This document shows, one piece after another, positions 13,001 through 24,318 of a stretch of 64,000 bases of DNA. Position 1 is the first letter of the stretch; every line of letters begins with the position of its first letter. Source of the stretch: Amoebophrya sp. A120 (taxonomy: Eukaryota; Protista; Dinoflagellata); NCBI GenBank assembly GCA_905178155.1, contig CAJINV010000014.1, forward strand, positions 1,691,984-1,755,983, in the 5' to 3' direction. The notes below the pieces were generated by a model. The model was not told where the DNA came from. It saw nothing but the letters and a program-made list of their open reading frames with translations, and did not search any database. A program made the translations under genes and the position numbers.

Positions 13001-16000
13001 GAAATAATTTTCCTCACGATACTTTCTTTCCGTTATAGACAGCATCGTGCATCACGTTAAGAAAGTCCAATGCAAGAGCATGTCCGGTACCGGTGAAAGC
13101 CCTGACAGATTTGCGAAGCCCACCGGGATCGGGCGCCAGGACATGCGGGATTGTATTGAAAAAGAATCTCCTGTCATTGGAAAACCCGTACATGCGGGAT
13201 TGGATTTGAACGAGATTCGCATGTACGTCGTCCGTGTTTTCTCCCGTCGCCAACATGGGCCACTCGAGTACAATTTTCAGTGCGTTTCCGGGTTCGTTTC
13301 TGCTATGCGGAGTAAAAACAAAGCCCATACTAGTGCGACAGAGCCTTCTTGGTCTCATGGTCGAGATGGAACTCTGCTACAAAAATCCAGAAGCTTTCAG
13401 TCCCAGGCACGAGAAGTCGGCTAACATGAAATGTAGTTGCCTTGTTGTTGCACCTAGCTGATGCAGATGCTGCAGCTCCATCACATGCCATTGCCAGCCC
13501 GCTTTTAAACAAATAGATACATTCGGGATATTTACGGTAGAGCATGATCAAAACAAGTTTCCAAATGGCAAATGCGAGGAGCAGTTGAAGCCGCATGTTG
13601 AGCAGAGCAGGATATATCGTGATCATGATTCAAATTTGCACGTCAAAGCTGGGTTTTATTTGGGCACGTTTTTACGCCGGGAACCCGCATCGCTGTCGCT
13701 TCTGCCTTTTCCGTGACGACCCTCCTCTGCTACCTCCCTGCCCGCTACTGGCGACAGCCTCCAGCGGAAAATTGCTTTCCGGCACGCGGGGCACCGGAAA
13801 TGTACCAGGCACTTCGGCGGGTCCGGACTGGATAAAGGAAAATGGGAGAATTAGTCCTCGTATCCGGTCCAAAGTCGAACCGTGTGTGACCATTGCCACA
13901 GCCTCCAGCTCCACCCCGTCGACGTATCCTGTGCAAAAGTATCGTGCTCGTATTGCAATCATGCAAATCTTTTTCTTTTATCAGCATTACACATGTTATT
14001 TCTCATGCTTAATGCATTTATACGAATACGATACTTCTGCAGTTCATACGACGTCCTCGGCCACCATTCCTGTCGCTTTCTTATCCCGTGCGGACTCCAC
14101 CGCGACTTCGAGCTGCAACGCGGCAGACGAGGGCCTGGTGAACGATGCGTCGTCGCTAGCTCCTTCGGAGTTCTTGTTGAGGGCGTCGCGGCTGCCGAGA
14201 TGAACGTGGTGGCCCGGCGGCTGCTTCACGACTTCCTCGTCCTCGCGCTGCTCGTTTACTTGCGCAGCACCTTCACCTTCCGACAGGCGAGCGCGGTCCT
14301 CACGGTCCCGCTGTAGCTTCCTCCGGTAATGTATGGAGGCCACGTTAGGGTCGAAGTCGACAAAGTTGAAAATGAAATTACTAGAATATGCAACGCAGAG
14401 AGTGACTCTATGGGACGCAACGGGGCAGGAGATTATAGTCCTGCTGAGGACCAAGAGCTGCTGGGCTGCTGACTGGCATGACAGAACGAAGCCCGCTTGC
14501 CCTAAACAGCATGACAGAGTTGCTTGGGGTACTAGGGAGAGTTGTCATGCGCTGACTAGAAACTATTGGTCCAAGAAGTGGTGTCGTTTTTATGCGTCGC
14601 AAATTATTATAACCAAGTTGATGACTTCAAACCTGACACTCCCATATAATGCTCCCCGTAAAACCGCTCGTCCTCGTCTTCGTCCTCAACATCGTCAAGA
14701 TTCGCGTATGGCAGCTTGCTCACAGGTTGCAAAAATCTCAAGCGTTACAATTATAAAAACTGTGATGCAAAGAAGTGCATCATTCATGATCACTCCTGGC
14801 GGCCTACTCTCCCAAGAATACGTGCGAGGACAATTTCTGCTGGAGCCTGAAACTTCACTACAGATACAGCGAAGTTTGTAATGCGGAAAGCGCAAGAACG
14901 CTTTGCATGTGCATGCTCCTTATGCTCATCATGCAAGGCAAAAAAATCCAGATTGGCTTGTGACGTTTAAGCTTGCAAGAAATCCTGAGAAGGTGATATC
15001 ACGATCGAGCTGCGTTTTCCAGACAACTTTATTGCAGACGATTCTTCAACAGGAGTCGCTACCTCCTCGTCTAGTGAGTCTCGTACTTGCCGCCCTCCAG
15101 CACCCCCGCGCTCTGCAGTTCCGGTACTACCCAAGGAACTTCTGCTTCTTGTGGCATCGACTTCAATTGCAGAGGCGGAAGCAGCACTAGAAAACCCTGC
15201 AGCTGCTGGTGCTTTCTGCTTCTGCAGTTTCAGCGTATCGGCTTCCCCTACCGCGACCTCCGCGGGTAACGTCCGGAGCGCCCCCGGGGAAATTTTGGGC
15301 ATCACCCCGACCAGATCGGGGGCCTTCAACTTGTTTCCTGGCTTCGCTTCCTCCTCCGAAGCCGTCGGCTCGAAGATTTCTTTCGGGAGGTCGGGTTGGT
15401 TCTGCAAATTTAGGATCCTTTTCCGCGCCTCGTCGTCGCTAGCCTTTTCCCGCACCGCGGCCACCAGCGAATAGGGGGCAGCCCAGGTCAAGTCTGTCAC
15501 GTCCTCCTCCTCTTCGTTTGTTTCAACAGCTGCCTTGTCCTCACTTTCTGCAGCTTCCCGCCCCACCGTCTCGCGTCGTCGTTCCGTGTATCTAGTGGAA
15601 ACATGTCTGGGTCACCAGGAAACTTGTGATGCGAAATTCTACTGGAAAATGCTTGGACCGCTTGTGTCGAGTGCAACCAAGCATGATCGCAGGTTTTATT
15701 CAGAACGCCGACGACCTCCTCATGCGACGTGGCGTGGATGACAATAAATTGCGGAAATCACCCATATCAAGTTAGGCAAAATCTGGAATCACGTTTACCA
15801 TTGGAATCAAGTTAATGGAATCAGGTTTGCTACGGGATCGCGTTTGCCGAATCAAGTTGATTCAGCTGAAAAGAAACAACTTTAGGCAACGCAAGCTCTA
15901 CTTACAACCCAAACGAACGCCGGGCGGCCCCAACGGCCCGCCGGAATCCATGACGCGCCCAGCCGACGAAGGAGCCGGCGCACGGGAGCAACGGGAACCA

Positions 16001-19000
16001 CGGCGGGGCAGTAGCACAACAACAAACGCGGGAAAGGCGCGGGGGCGCATTGGCGCAACAACGAGAAGAGAAAGGCCAGAAACCCCAAACCCTACTAGAC
16101 CCCAAACCCTAAACCCAGACTCTGCTAACTTGATTCCATTAACTTGATTCCATTGCAAACTTGATTCTACTAACGTGATTCCAAGTTGATAACTTGATTT
16201 GGAATGTAACCATAAATTGCGTTGCTACAACTAATCACATGCAACACAGCGGCTGAGTTTCCTAAAATGCAAGCCAAGAACAAGCTCGACAAGCTATTGC
16301 CAACTTTCGATGATCCAGACCCAGACGAATTTGCAGTTGCTACCGTGAAGGACGACGAAGATGAGACGCCGCGTATGCATTGCAAATATCGATCTGGGTC
16401 TGGATCTGTGATGCGAGTCCTGGAGTAGGTCAGTGAGATGACCTGGAGTGAATGTATACGAGCTGCCATTTTTTTGTCGTCTCTGAAGCAGCTACTAGTA
16501 GTTGATTTTTGCCATGCGACGTTCATAATACGAGTGAATCTGTCATTAACATACGTCTCTCAAAACTTCAGGTGCTGCGTGTTATGTGATTATACAGGCG
16601 GGCGTTACTCGTACTCCGGGCGGATGCGACTATGTATCAGCTACACAAGCTTCCAGACCTCCCAGACATAGTTGCAATGCATACCGTCAGCACTCGCTGC
16701 ATTTGGAGGCGTCTGCCCGGCCATTTCGTCGTATTCTTCTCTTCCGCCGAGCATGAGGGCGACAAACGTTTCCAGCACGCGGGTGCCGAAGTCCATTTCC
16801 GATTCCGTATCTTCCCCTCCTCGGGAGGCACACATGGGCCACAAGGGAGACAGCTTTCGCATGGTATTGAGAGGGAAAATCCGCCCTCCCCATATCGAAA
16901 AGGTATGTTTCCGAAGATTTGTCTTGCTGATTTGAGACCACAAAAACAAATCACGTCTGTCTTGCAAGAAGACAACTCCACTGGCTCTGCCGCATTATGC
17001 AGGCGGTCTGTGATGCTGTTGGGACTACAGCATAGACATTTCTCATGGTAAGCGCCTAGGCCAAAACATCTCTACTCAGGCTTGGCAGGAGCCTGCAGTC
17101 CTCTACTGCAACACAAGCCTGATTCGTATACGCAAATCCAACATCAGAAACTTCCGTTTGATATGGGGAGGGGGGGATTTTCCTTGTGATATATGGCGCG
17201 GAACCCCTTGCAGCGTTCGCCTTCGGTATGGAGGTGTCAGGCTGGTGGATATAGACAAAGCTATAATCGAAAACACATGAAACCAGTCGCAGCGAGCTTA
17301 CGCACGCGGCGCTCCTGCATCACTAATTCAGTTTTTGTTTTCATATGACGAATGCAATACAACGCGCATCCAAAATGCGAAGCACTGGAACAGGAAACCG
17401 GGACTGTTTCAGTCAAGCCTGGCTAAGCTGCTCATGGGCGGGGATCATATTCAAGAGCATGACAGAAGCCCAGGCTGCTTTTGCTCGAGGCAGCGTGACA
17501 GATTGAACCTCCTTGTGCTGGTGGGCAAGATCTATCATGTGCCGCTCGGTGACGATCATCGTGGGTCCAATGACCATATATCTCGGTTTTATGCACGACC
17601 ATCGGAAATTCGTTGCTCCACAACTATGTCGAAATCCAACCTGACGGTCGCATACTCGGGGAGACGGTGGCACACGGCGGGCTCCTGGTGGTCCCCGTGC
17701 AGGCGATCGCACGGAAAGCCCGGCGATGTGTCGGCACTGGTGATTTTACGCAGGCTCGCCTCATCCACAGAAAGTGGCTTGCTGCTCATCTTGCCAGCAC
17801 GACCCTCGCCCGAGTCACTACTGGCGCTGCCCTCAAACAGCTCGCGAAGGGTCTGCAGCTCTTTGGAGATCGGGAGCCCTAGCTGTCCATCGTACGCCGC
17901 CGTCCTTTCATCCTCCGCGGCCTTTTTTTTCAGCTTGTCCTCTTCTCCCGCGGGCTCGCGTGGCGCCATAAGCTGCGCGTCTGCTAAGGCCTCCCGTAGC
18001 AAATTGCCAAGTCGCGACGCTTATCAAGTGCAAGCATTACTGGGTCTGGAAACCTGTAATGCTGTGTTGGGAATAGTGGATGCTCTGTAATGCACAGGCA
18101 AGCGTGAGAAATATCTGCGCTTCTTCGTGTTGCGTTTTTCGCATGACACAAGCTGCGTTTTTGCATGACAGGCAAAAAGGTCTCTTCTTGGACACGCGTC
18201 ACAAACTTTTTGGCCATGCCAGACATGCGGGACAAATCTCGCAATTTTCCAGACCCAGACACTCTTGCATTTGATAACGCTGGCGTGACCGGTAGACTTT
18301 CGACGCCATTGTAGCCGAGGAGGTTTTTCCAGGGGATGATTTGCGGCGTTGCAGTACTACGAGCGCCCTGGAGGTTGTTCCGCGTACCAGCAGGGTCCTC
18401 GGCGGCGCCAGTCTGCAAGGTACTGGACGATGCGGCGCCTGAAGATCCTGGTCCCGGTCCTGCAGAGTTCTTGCCTGAAGGTGGTCCTCCTGCTGCGTTC
18501 TCTTTACTTTTTCCGAACATCAGTACCGACGTGAGCATGGTCCGTAACAGAGGTGAGGTGAAAACGAGCTGGGGTGGCGGGTCGAAAAACGTCGCGCTCG
18601 CATTGTCTTCTTCGTCTTCCCCGGCGGCGCCAGCGCTCAGCACCTTCCCGAGCAGCGTGGCTTGCATGACGCCCTGGGGTGTCAGTGGGCTGTCGCGGTC
18701 GTTCCACAGTGCGGAGGGCGTCAGGGTGGTCTCCTCCTCCTCATTTTGGTTCTCCCGCGCGTTCCACTCGCTTTCGGCGTGCCGAATCAGGTAGATGGTG
18801 CGACGAAAGTGGCCTCTCGGTACCTGTTTTGTTACGGGCGTCGCACGCATGGTGCAGCGGCAACTGTCGATCAGCTTGACGCGCTCGCGGCTCGCCGTTG
18901 TGGGCCATTTCGGGTAGCCCCGCAGCCCGGGGTCCAGATCCAACAGGTAATCGCAGGCGTACACGCAGGTCGCCCGGGTCAGCAGACGGAGGTAGGGCTG

Positions 19001-20005
19001 GGCGCGGTAGTCGACCTCCGCGCGGTTAGTATTTCCAAAGGAACTTCCCCACCTCCTCTTTTTATCGATCTCCTTGTCCTGTTTCAAGCCGTTGCTGTAG
19101 TCGTCATAAATGTCAGAGGCCTTCTCCTTCTGTGCCAGGCTCTGTGCGTGCGTACACCAATCGTTCAGCCCGATGTCGTTGCCGGCTGCTATGTATTGCC
19201 GCGGCAGCCCGTAGGCCGGGAGTTGTTCCTCTTGCGACGCTTGTCCTGGGCTGTTCTGCGCTTTGTCTGTCCTCTCCCTTGTTTCCTGCAGTTCTTCCAC
19301 TTTGCGTCGGAGGTGGTGAAGCTCCAGGACTGACTCTGACACATCCGGCCGCCCCTCGTCCGTTGGCGTGGCGGCCTTGTTCTCGTCACTTGGCATTGGA
19401 GCTGGTGTTGCCTCCTCGTCCTTTGGCGTTGGTGGTGTTGCCTCTGTCGTTTCCGAAGCCTTGTCGTCCGTTGGCGTGGCCTTGTTTTCGTCATTTGCCG
19501 TTGCCTCTGCCCCGTCGGTCGTGGCGGGTGATGATGTAGTTTCATCTGTCGTGGTGCTAGAACCGTCAGACGAGCCAAAGAGTCTGCTGAAAAATCCCCC
19601 GGCAGTATCAGGCTTGATTTCTGCAAAACCTCCGCCGATTTTGGGACACACGTCGTTGTGTATCTTCTGCAGCTGAATACGTGCCTGTACTACCAGGGCA
19701 TCGACGTGCTCCCCCTTAGCTCCGACGATTCGGGTCCGCGGGTCCGGCACGAATTTGCCCTGCCTGTCGCGCTTTCGGTCGTCCGTAATCGCTGCCTTCA
19801 GAGCTTGCCATACGGTTTTTGGTTTGGCCGCTTCGCCCGTCTGCTTGTCTCCCTCGCGTCCGACTGCGAGAACAGTCGTGAAAACCTGTGTCGACGTGGT
19901 GAACAACAGAGATAACGCAAGAGACACGCAGTAGCGTTGGATGAAACTTCTACACGCAAGGAGCATCATAGGTCCTCCCCTGTCTTCAACTGGTATCCTT
20001 TTCAT
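10003..20005 (-). CDS. Histidine phosphatase superfamily protein with N-terminal signal/TM segment (~1409 aa; 14 TIR elements + 1 GT-AG intron 12417-12506)
   Basis: LIRHAES, DSPLTPQG and FTSPLLRT in the first exon; VAMVTHG at ~13885; spliced length 4230 nt is divisible by 3 with no internal stop; last exons less certain. Confidence 0.8.
10072..11527. mobile_element. Family A introner carrying a nested foldback element (307 bp without the insert)
   Basis: tatggaagcgctagg...aacccgacacttccata ends; flanks AAGCA/GCGCA; 1456-1149=307 bp, the family A size. Confidence 0.8.
10267..11415. mobile_element. Foldback/palindromic element with terminal hairpins
   Basis: TIR ttggagcacgcaaatcca; identical 32-bp hairpin at 10273-10304 and 11378-11409; ~800-bp imperfect palindrome 10585-11380 centred near 10994. 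Confidence 0.85.
11603..11904. mobile_element. TIR introner, family D-like
   Basis: tatgcattgcaag...ccagtcccggacacatctccactaggta; flanks CTTCG/CTTCC; joins AAQE|ACLLAD. Confidence 0.8.
11957..12171. mobile_element. TIR introner, family D-like
   Basis: tatgcattgcaaac...ccagaccgagacacg...ttgata; flanks CACCA/CGCCG; frame restored. Confidence 0.75.
12201..12309. mobile_element. Shortest TIR introner (109 bp)
   Basis: 30-bp TIR (a/t)atccaggaaaaaac...atccccatcca; flanks TTTCC/TTTGC; frame restored. Confidence 0.85.
12676..13021. mobile_element. Decayed TIR introner related to 16865-17191
   Basis: aaaattccccctccgcatat-type subterminal motif; flanks CCCTT/CTTTC; joins NGKK|DFTNSK. Confidence 0.65.
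13304..13683. mobile_element. TIR introner, family E-like
   Basis: tatgcggagtaaaaac / gtttttacgccgggaa; flanks TCTGC/CCCGC; joins RCG|NEPGNA. Confidence 0.75.
13925..14048. mobile_element. TIR introner, family B (124 bp)
   Basis: tatcctgtgcaaaagtatcg start; perfect TSD CGACG; joins AEDV|DGVELE. Confidence 0.93.
14332..14646. mobile_element. TIR introner, family A (315 bp)
   Basis: Perfect TSD TAATG; joins YGEHY|RRKLQ. Confidence 0.93.
14707..14998. mobile_element. Decayed TIR introner (292 bp)
   Basis: tatggc...gtgata; flanks TCGCG/TCACG; joins SSIV|NLDDVE. Confidence 0.8.
15589..16342. mobile_element. Family D introner with nested MITE (286 bp without the insert)
   Basis: gtctgggtc/gacccagac subterminal TIR; perfect TSD CCGTG; joins SFT|ERRRET. 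Confidence 0.88.
15753..16211. mobile_element. Nested MITE with 9-bp TSD (Mutator-like signature)
   Basis: GG...CC ends; TSD ATAAATTGC at 15744-15752 and 16212-16220; ~100-bp inverted arms built of GGAATCAAGTT repeats. Confidence 0.85.
16374..16683. mobile_element. TIR introner, family D-like (310 bp)
   Basis: tatgcattgcaa TIR; flanks CCGCG/CCGTC; joins ADG|VSSS. Confidence 0.85.
16865..17191. mobile_element. TIR introner (327 bp)
   Basis: ggaaaatcc-ccctccccatatc TIR; flanks CATGG/TATGG; frame restored. Confidence 0.88.
17227..17654. mobile_element. TIR introner, family A-like (428 bp)
   Basis: tatggaggtgtcagg...cctgacggtcgcata; flanks TTCGG/CTCGG; joins RLPE|GERC. Confidence 0.85.
18022..18276. 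mobile_element. TIR introner, family D (255 bp)
   Basis: Perfect TSD ACGCT; joins VTPA|SRLGNLL. Confidence 0.93.
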
Positions 20006-20829
20006 CGGTACTTACATGCTAGTCTCTCTTCTTCATCTGGTCATGCTCACATTCGCAATATGAAATATGATGATCAACTCTAACACTTCGCTCAATTTGC
20101 CAAAAAAATGCTCAAAACCAAACAATACTTGGTTGGAGGTTTCACATTTCTTGCAGAAAAAATAAAAAGGAGACACGGTTGCTATTTCTTCTACGAGATC
20201 AGAATCAGAAGAGCGACGTTGATGAGCAGAGCGGCTTGTACAAATCCGCACTGTTGCATGAAATTTCTTTCGTCAACATAAATAAACTTCAGGAAAAATC
20301 AGCCGTAACCAACTAGAAAAGGTCTTCAATCCAAATCATGGATGTGGACTGACCACCTCTAAAGGCAAGAAAAAAAAAGAAGCTGGTGCTGGAAACAAAA
20401 GAAACGCAGACACCTAAACAGTGCAGCAAGACGGATGTCGACTTCGCTTGGAGTCTTGACTTTTTTGAAAACAGTGCGCCTCTTAACGTTTGGAGTCGTG
20501 TAGCTGCCACTACTTGTTCTGTGACAAGCCACGCTCGTAGCCGTCGAGGTCAGTGTATAGGTTTCAGGAGCCTGGAGTTACCTGCCTACAGTGAAGTCTC
20601 CGTTTTGTTTTTCTTTCTGTTGGATGAATAGTGTCGCTGTACATGTACTAGAAGATCAAGTTCACGTAGTTGTGCTCCAATCATTTTCACAATCCTAGAG
20701 TCTCCAGGTGCTTCGTCCATGATCTTCCACCAAGAAAGCCTTGCTTTTATACAATCGCGCGGACAAAGCGGATGACAATGCAAATCGTGCCAGGTCCTCA
20801 GCTGACAGACATCAACAAATACGACTTCC

Positions 20830-22841
20830 TCACAGACCGCCTTCCCCGGGCCCTCCCGCGGGCGGGGCGAGGCCTCCCCCTGTATCTCCCCCGCCACCTC
20901 CGATGATCCACCGGGCGTTGCAGTCTCGGGCAATGTGGCCCAGTTGTCCGCACAAATTGCAGGCCCGCATGTCGCTGTGCAAACCGCGCTCCGCGTCCCG
21001 GATCTTCACGAGGCGATTGTGCTGGGAAGCCCGATTTTGGCGAAATTTGTCCAGGTCGAGGTCGGTCAGCTTGTTCGCGGTCGCTAGCGAAGTTGTGGAT
21101 GAACCACCCGTAGACGTAGAGTTGTTATTTATGTCCGTGCCTAGTTGCTTCCGTGCTGGATCGGTACTGGAGCTGCCCCAAGGTGTCGCCAGATTCGGGC
21201 ACTCCTTGGCAAAGTGTCCCTTTTCGCCGCACCGGTGGCACCGCGGTCCCATGGGACACTGCCGGACGTAGTGCCCGTACTCCCCGCAGTGATGGCACTT
21301 GATGTTGCTGAAGTCGTTTTGTTGCGTGTACGCGGGGACTTGCATATGAGAAGGTGTTCCAGACGAGCCCCCTGCAGCGCCATCGTACTGGTCCATACGA
21401 AGCTTGCTGCGCGGATGAACACCTCCACCCGGCGCAGCTACACCTGATGAGAAAGACGAACCTCCGCGGCCCGCACTCCTCGATCTTGAGCGACTACGAG
21501 CGCGGAAAGTTCTGCCGGCGTAGTGTCCTCTGTGGTCTTGACTGTCTTCCGAATCTGAGCCACTGTTTTTCAGGTCTTTATCTAACAATTCCCGGTCGAT
21601 GGTAAGGAGAGACGCGTGTTGTAGTTCTTCGGAAGCTCCTGCAGCGGACGTTCTACTGTTTTGCTCTCGTTGTATTTCATCGTTGGTCCTCCCCCGGCCC
21701 GCGTCGTCGCGATTGTTATCTTCCTCATCATGATAGAAGGTCGCCCCTGTGCCACGACCTTTCTTTGCGGATGTGACCATCTGCAGAAACGTTCCGAACT
21801 CGTGCTCGATTTTCTCGTAGAAGTCCACCCGAACCTATCACAGTGCGTGGCAACATACAACTCAAACTCTCGACGTGCCTCAGTAGCATTATCTCATCAA
21901 CAAAGGCATACACAACCACATGAAATTGTGCTGCACCTGGACCAAAGTTGCCGCTTTTGCATGACAAATTTCCGCGGGGGGATTAGAGCGCTCTTTAGGC
22001 GACGGCGCCACTGGTGGTGCACACCAAACTCCCACACAACACTAGTCAATTTCTTGCATGGCAAGAAATGCTGAGGGCAAACGAGGAAATGAGCTGTACC
22101 GGTTGTGCACTGTGATAGACTCCGCCTCTCCAGCCGTCTGAGCCGGTTGCTTTTTGCAGGTATCAGGTAAGGAACGTCCGACTCTATGTTTTCTGCGGCG
22201 TAGTACGTCGGTTTTCCGATCTGCTTGATGATACTCGCCAGGTAACCGGGGGTGCTGATGGTTGGGTAAAAGACATGCTCTCGCGGTATGCTCGGCTTTT
22301 TCTCCTTATTTTTCCCACCGGAGGACGACACTGTGGCGCCGGTGCTTTCTGACTTGTGCAGGCAGTCCGCGCAGTAGTAGCGATTTGTGTACCCATCCAC
22401 GGTATCAAATGTAAAAGTGTCTGGGTCTGGAAGATTCTGAGATTTGTCATGCATGTATTGCATGACCCAGGATGTCTGTAATGCACGCCCGCGCATCACA
22501 GATTTTGAGAGGGCTTCCTGATGCCTACTCCGCATGACAAACGCCCTCCCCGCGTAGCACAAACTAGACTCCTCTTGCTGGTCATGCAATACAGATTTTG
22601 CTAGAGTCCAAAGTTAGCATGACAAGTTCCAATCTTCCAGACCCAGACATTTTTACATTTGATACACGGCACCGCTGAAAAAGGGAATCTGTTCGAACTC
22701 TTCCTGGGTAAAGGGTTGCTTCTCGGGAAACACTTCATACTTGCAACCGGCGCAAAGCCGGGATTTAGTGCTTTGTGTCGTAGAGGGGCCGCGGCGGTCG
22801 TGACGTTCGTCCCCTTTGGCCGCTGATGTTGGCGTAGCCAT
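20830..22841 (-). CDS. Zinc-finger / CCHC zinc-knuckle nucleic-acid-binding protein (~485 aa; 2 elements)
   Basis: Three CX2CX4HX4C knuckles (CHHCGEYGHYVRQC, CHRCGEKGHFAKEC, CNLCGQLGHIARDC), an RS-rich tract, and N-terminal CAGC...CADC joined by element removal; spliced length 1458 nt. Confidence 0.85.
21836..22117. mobile_element. TIR introner, family F-like (282 bp)
   Basis: tatcacagtgc TIR; flanks GAACC/GACTC; joins ERRS|RVDFYE. Confidence 0.85.
22403..22664. mobile_element. TIR introner, family D (262 bp)
   Basis: ~34-bp near-perfect TIR tatcaaatgtaaaa-tgtctgggtctggaagatt; perfect TSD CACGG; joins SGAV|DGYTN. Confidence 0.95.
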
Positions 22842-24318
22842 TTTCCTTTCCTTTTGAAAAATGTAAGTGTTTTCACTTGTACTTGATGTTAACTAACTAC
22901 GCTCTACATCTCCACCACAAGCAACTAGCCTTGTCACCTACTAGTATCTACTTTTGTCTTTGCAGCAGCTGCCTATACAACAAATTTATCTAAAGGATGA
23001 CTTAGTACAGAGCTCAACACTGGGAGAAAAAACAAAAAAAAAGAAAAATCGCGGTCGCAAGAAGACCAAGAGCGTGGACATGAGGTTTCGGTGAAATCAT
23101 GACCACTGGATCCACAGTTTCCTTTGTTCTAGATCGTTTTTGCTCCTGCTGCAACGCAACGGGTGCCCTCGTCGGAAGAGGGTTCTTGTTCCTACATGCC
23201 TTCTACAAAAGCTGGCTCCGCCACCATTGAGAAACAGGTGGATCCTCAAATATAGAAGTCGAAAGCCGGAGTAGAAGATGATGCGGAGCCGGAGCATGAA
23301 GATCCCCAGCAATTTCTAACTCCGCTGAGGATCATGAACAACATGATGACGTCAGCAGTGCACCTGCACTAATTTTTTCTGAACTATAATAAATATACCA
23401 GATGATGAATCATCACGGTGGCGTCGTCCACCCAGCAAATAACGCCCGAGTGCAAGAAGAAATACTTGTGGATATGGTTTTTGGGAAAATGAAGTAGGAG
23501 GTGTACTATGTGGGCCAAGAAGTTACTTATCATCTTCTTTCAAATTTCCTCTTTCTCAGGCTATGAAGTCCAATGGCCATGTAGAGGTTGTTCCAAAAAT
23601 GGGCGCATTGTAAATGGCATAGTAGTTGTTGCTCTTGCTCCATCAAAAAGGTTCGCCACTTTTCGTTTTCTGAATCGTTGGAGTTGTCCTTCGAGTCGTG
23701 ACCCACGACCACTCGTCGAGATTTGTTGCTCTCTGTTTGCCGAAGCCGTGTCGGAGAAAAGTCAAAGATACCGTGTTGGAGGTGGAGGTTTTATTTGCCT
23801 ACTTTCTCATCTTCGTTCTTCCAAGACGACGAGGCATGCGCACTGCGAAATAGATGAAATAGAAATAATGCATGAAAAAAAAGGAAAAGCTGATTTACCG
23901 TACTTTGCTGTCCTATGTAGTTCAAATACAATCAAAATAGGAACCCTAAACGAACCGAAAGCGAGATCCGGCCGCGACGGACGCCGATCTTGTCATGTGC
24001 GATCTTCCCTACATGCATAATAAAAGATCGACGTTTCTTCAGAAGAAAAGATCACAAATTTTGTTTCGAGGTAAAACTAAAACGCGCCACTGTAGATAGT
24101 CCTCCAGGGCAACGAATTATACAGGGCGTCAATGAATTATACATAGCAAAAACGGGTTTATTGGGAACATATTCTGAGAAAAGACGTAGGCAACACCGAG
24201 GAAAATTCAGCTCAAAACAACTTCCAGTGCCGGCAATCTCTAGAATGCAAGCGTGTGCCTCTTCCTCTCCTGCGCTTGTCCTGCTAAAAGCTGCCCAGCC
24301 CCCCCCCCCAGCCAGGCC

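Noticed and set aside
12749-13037. Alternative element boundaries with GACAA/GACAG flanks
   Set aside because: The join runs into a stop within 20 codons; 12676-13021 has family-like ends and keeps the frame open
20830-21828. Retrotransposon gag because of CCHC knuckles
   Set aside because: No protease, RT, integrase or LTRs nearby; it joins upstream exons as an ordinary cellular gene
22833-22844. cgtagccatttt resembling the dinoflagellate spliced leader
   Set aside because: Only 12 nt, and it is the antisense of the gene's own start (ATG GCT ACG); likely coincidence
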